Assembly: GCA_002269645.1 (NCBI GenBank)
Contig: NIVC01002875.1
Span: forward strand, 1-60,344
Length of the DNA stretch: 60,344 nt
Direction: 5' to 3'
Origin: Macrostomum lignano
Taxonomy: Eukaryota
In this document: positions 58,781-60,344 of the stretch, piece after piece
Position numbering within the stretch: the first letter of the stretch is position 1
Layout of the letters: the number at the start of each line of letters is the position of its first letter
Program-made: the position numbers and the translations under genes
The notes under the pieces: model-generated
What the model saw: only the letters and a program-made list of their open reading frames with translations
Told to the model about the DNA's origin: nothing
The model's database searches: none

Positions 58781-59300
58781 CACAGACCAGACAAAGCAAC
58801 TAGAGGCTCCAATCCAGTTTAAAATCAACTAAGCCTCCCTTCTAGCCATGCTAGGCGGCAAAGACGCAGACAGGGATCGATGCCAGGTCTGCAGGCCGGC
58901 AGGCGCGACCGCTGCGCCTGGCGGTGACTCTTAAAGCTGCTCGGCTGAGCACAAGAGGCTACAATTTGAGCCGAGTAGAAAAAAGGCAATGCGGGAGTGG
59001 GCGGATCCTCTCGCAAGCCGGGCGGGAATCTCGCAGGGAATGTTTCCTGGTTGCGAGATGACGAGAGTCCGCGCTAAGGCCCGGCCCGCTCCTCTCCGTG
59101 CTCTAATTACTGGATGCTCCAGAAACGAGTCCCCCCGCCTATTGCGCATGCAGAGGAGTCACAGCCCGCCTCGCCTTGCGCACTCAGCAAGATACGAAAG
59201 CTTCATCGCCGCTTCTTGACCGAAGGCAAGCATTTAGGAAAGTTTGTTTTACCGCACAGTCGCAATGCCCAACCTGAGCACATCCAGGAAGCGTCCTGAC

Positions 59301-59510
59301 CAACGAATGGCTCGAATTGGTGCTCAGCAGAGTTGAAGATGTCGTATACTGGTTCCTGCTGCGAGAGCTGGTACTGCGGCTGGTAGTCCGGTTGGTATTG
59401 CGGCTGGTACTGCTGCTGGTACTGCGGCTGGTACTGCGGCTGATACTGTTGGTACTGCTGCCACCAGACTGCGGCCTGCTGCCTGCTGCGCGCAAGCTGC
59501 TGCCCCGACG
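59301..59510 (-). CDS. Putative internal exon encoding (QYQP)n of an unidentified gene
   Basis: TGTACAG acceptor and GTCAGG donor, 210 nt, phase 1-1, open frame SGQQLARSRQQAAVWWQQYQQYQPQYQPQYQQQYQPQYQPDYQPQYQLSQQEPVYDIFNSAEHQFEPFV. Confidence 0.45.
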
Positions 59511-59604
59511 CTGTACAATTCGCACGTCACACTGCATGGCAGCAGGTGAGAAATGAGGATGATGCTTTTTATTGAACTCGTTCGTTAGAGCAAGCGCTGT
59601 AGAT

Positions 59605-59868
<264 letters not shown>

Positions 59869-60344
59869 GCCTGGGTTAAGCTGAGGCCCCAGGTCTCAGG
59901 GGCGCAGGTCACGCACTCTTCACTCGATTCGCTGCCCAGTTCGCTGTTAATCGAAGCCAGAAGCCATCCAGCCAGGAACCCTGCTGCTGCTGCCGCTGCT
60001 CAGTGAGCATTGAGCACCGACCCAGCAATCAGTGCCGGGATCAGTGGACATAAAATTGCTTCCCGGCAGAAAACAGGAGAGGCTGGCGCAGAGACTCCGA
60101 CGAGAAGGACTGACGGTGCGAAACTTCAAAGGCGGAGCTGCGCGGGGCTTAGCAGACGCGGACCTCCCCCTGCTCAGTGTCAGGTTATGCCTTTCACTTT
60201 GCCCCCCCCTCTGCCCGCCCTTCTCCGGTTGCCTTTCTGCTTTTTCTCTCTGTATCCCTGTCTGTGTGACCAGGCAGCAGCAGAGGCGGGCTTGAGCCTG
60301 TGTGTCTGTGGGGAGTCGCTACGCCTGACCGGACCGTGTGGCAT

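Noticed and set aside
60026-60295. Plus-strand ORF fragment VDIKLLPGRKQERLAQRLRREG... with a possible donor near 60183
   Set aside because: It could be an exon, but there is no recognisable homology and the window ends before it can be supported.

Overview
Eukaryotic (metazoan) genomic DNA. Exons are GC/CpG-rich and most long introns are filled by their own tandem repeat. This style suggests a free-living flatworm such as Macrostomum, which is an inference only. Five conserved spliced genes can be rebuilt with GT-AG introns and consistent phases. DDX47, TCP1 and GTF3C3 lie head-to-tail on the minus strand. A CCDC178-like gene (this copy frameshifted by a 22-bp duplication) and an uncharacterised HAD-like gene lie on the plus strand. 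GTF3C3 intron 1 holds a complete 8.6-kb CMC/EnSpm-type DNA transposon with CCCG...CGGG TIRs and a TT target duplication. It encodes a frameshifted transposase and a second spliced gene that appears to have a coiled coil and a BEN-like domain. Other notable items: a candidate secreted protein with an arginine-rich (RRRAI)n body, inverted minisatellite arrays flanking the DEAD-motif exon of DDX47, a 3.6-kb CpG desert, an 18-copy in-frame stop-codon array, a 6.8-kb polypurine tract, LINE and SINE relics and large microsatellites. Most long ORFs in the supplied track are repeat artefacts. All gene models were built by eye and no database searches were run.
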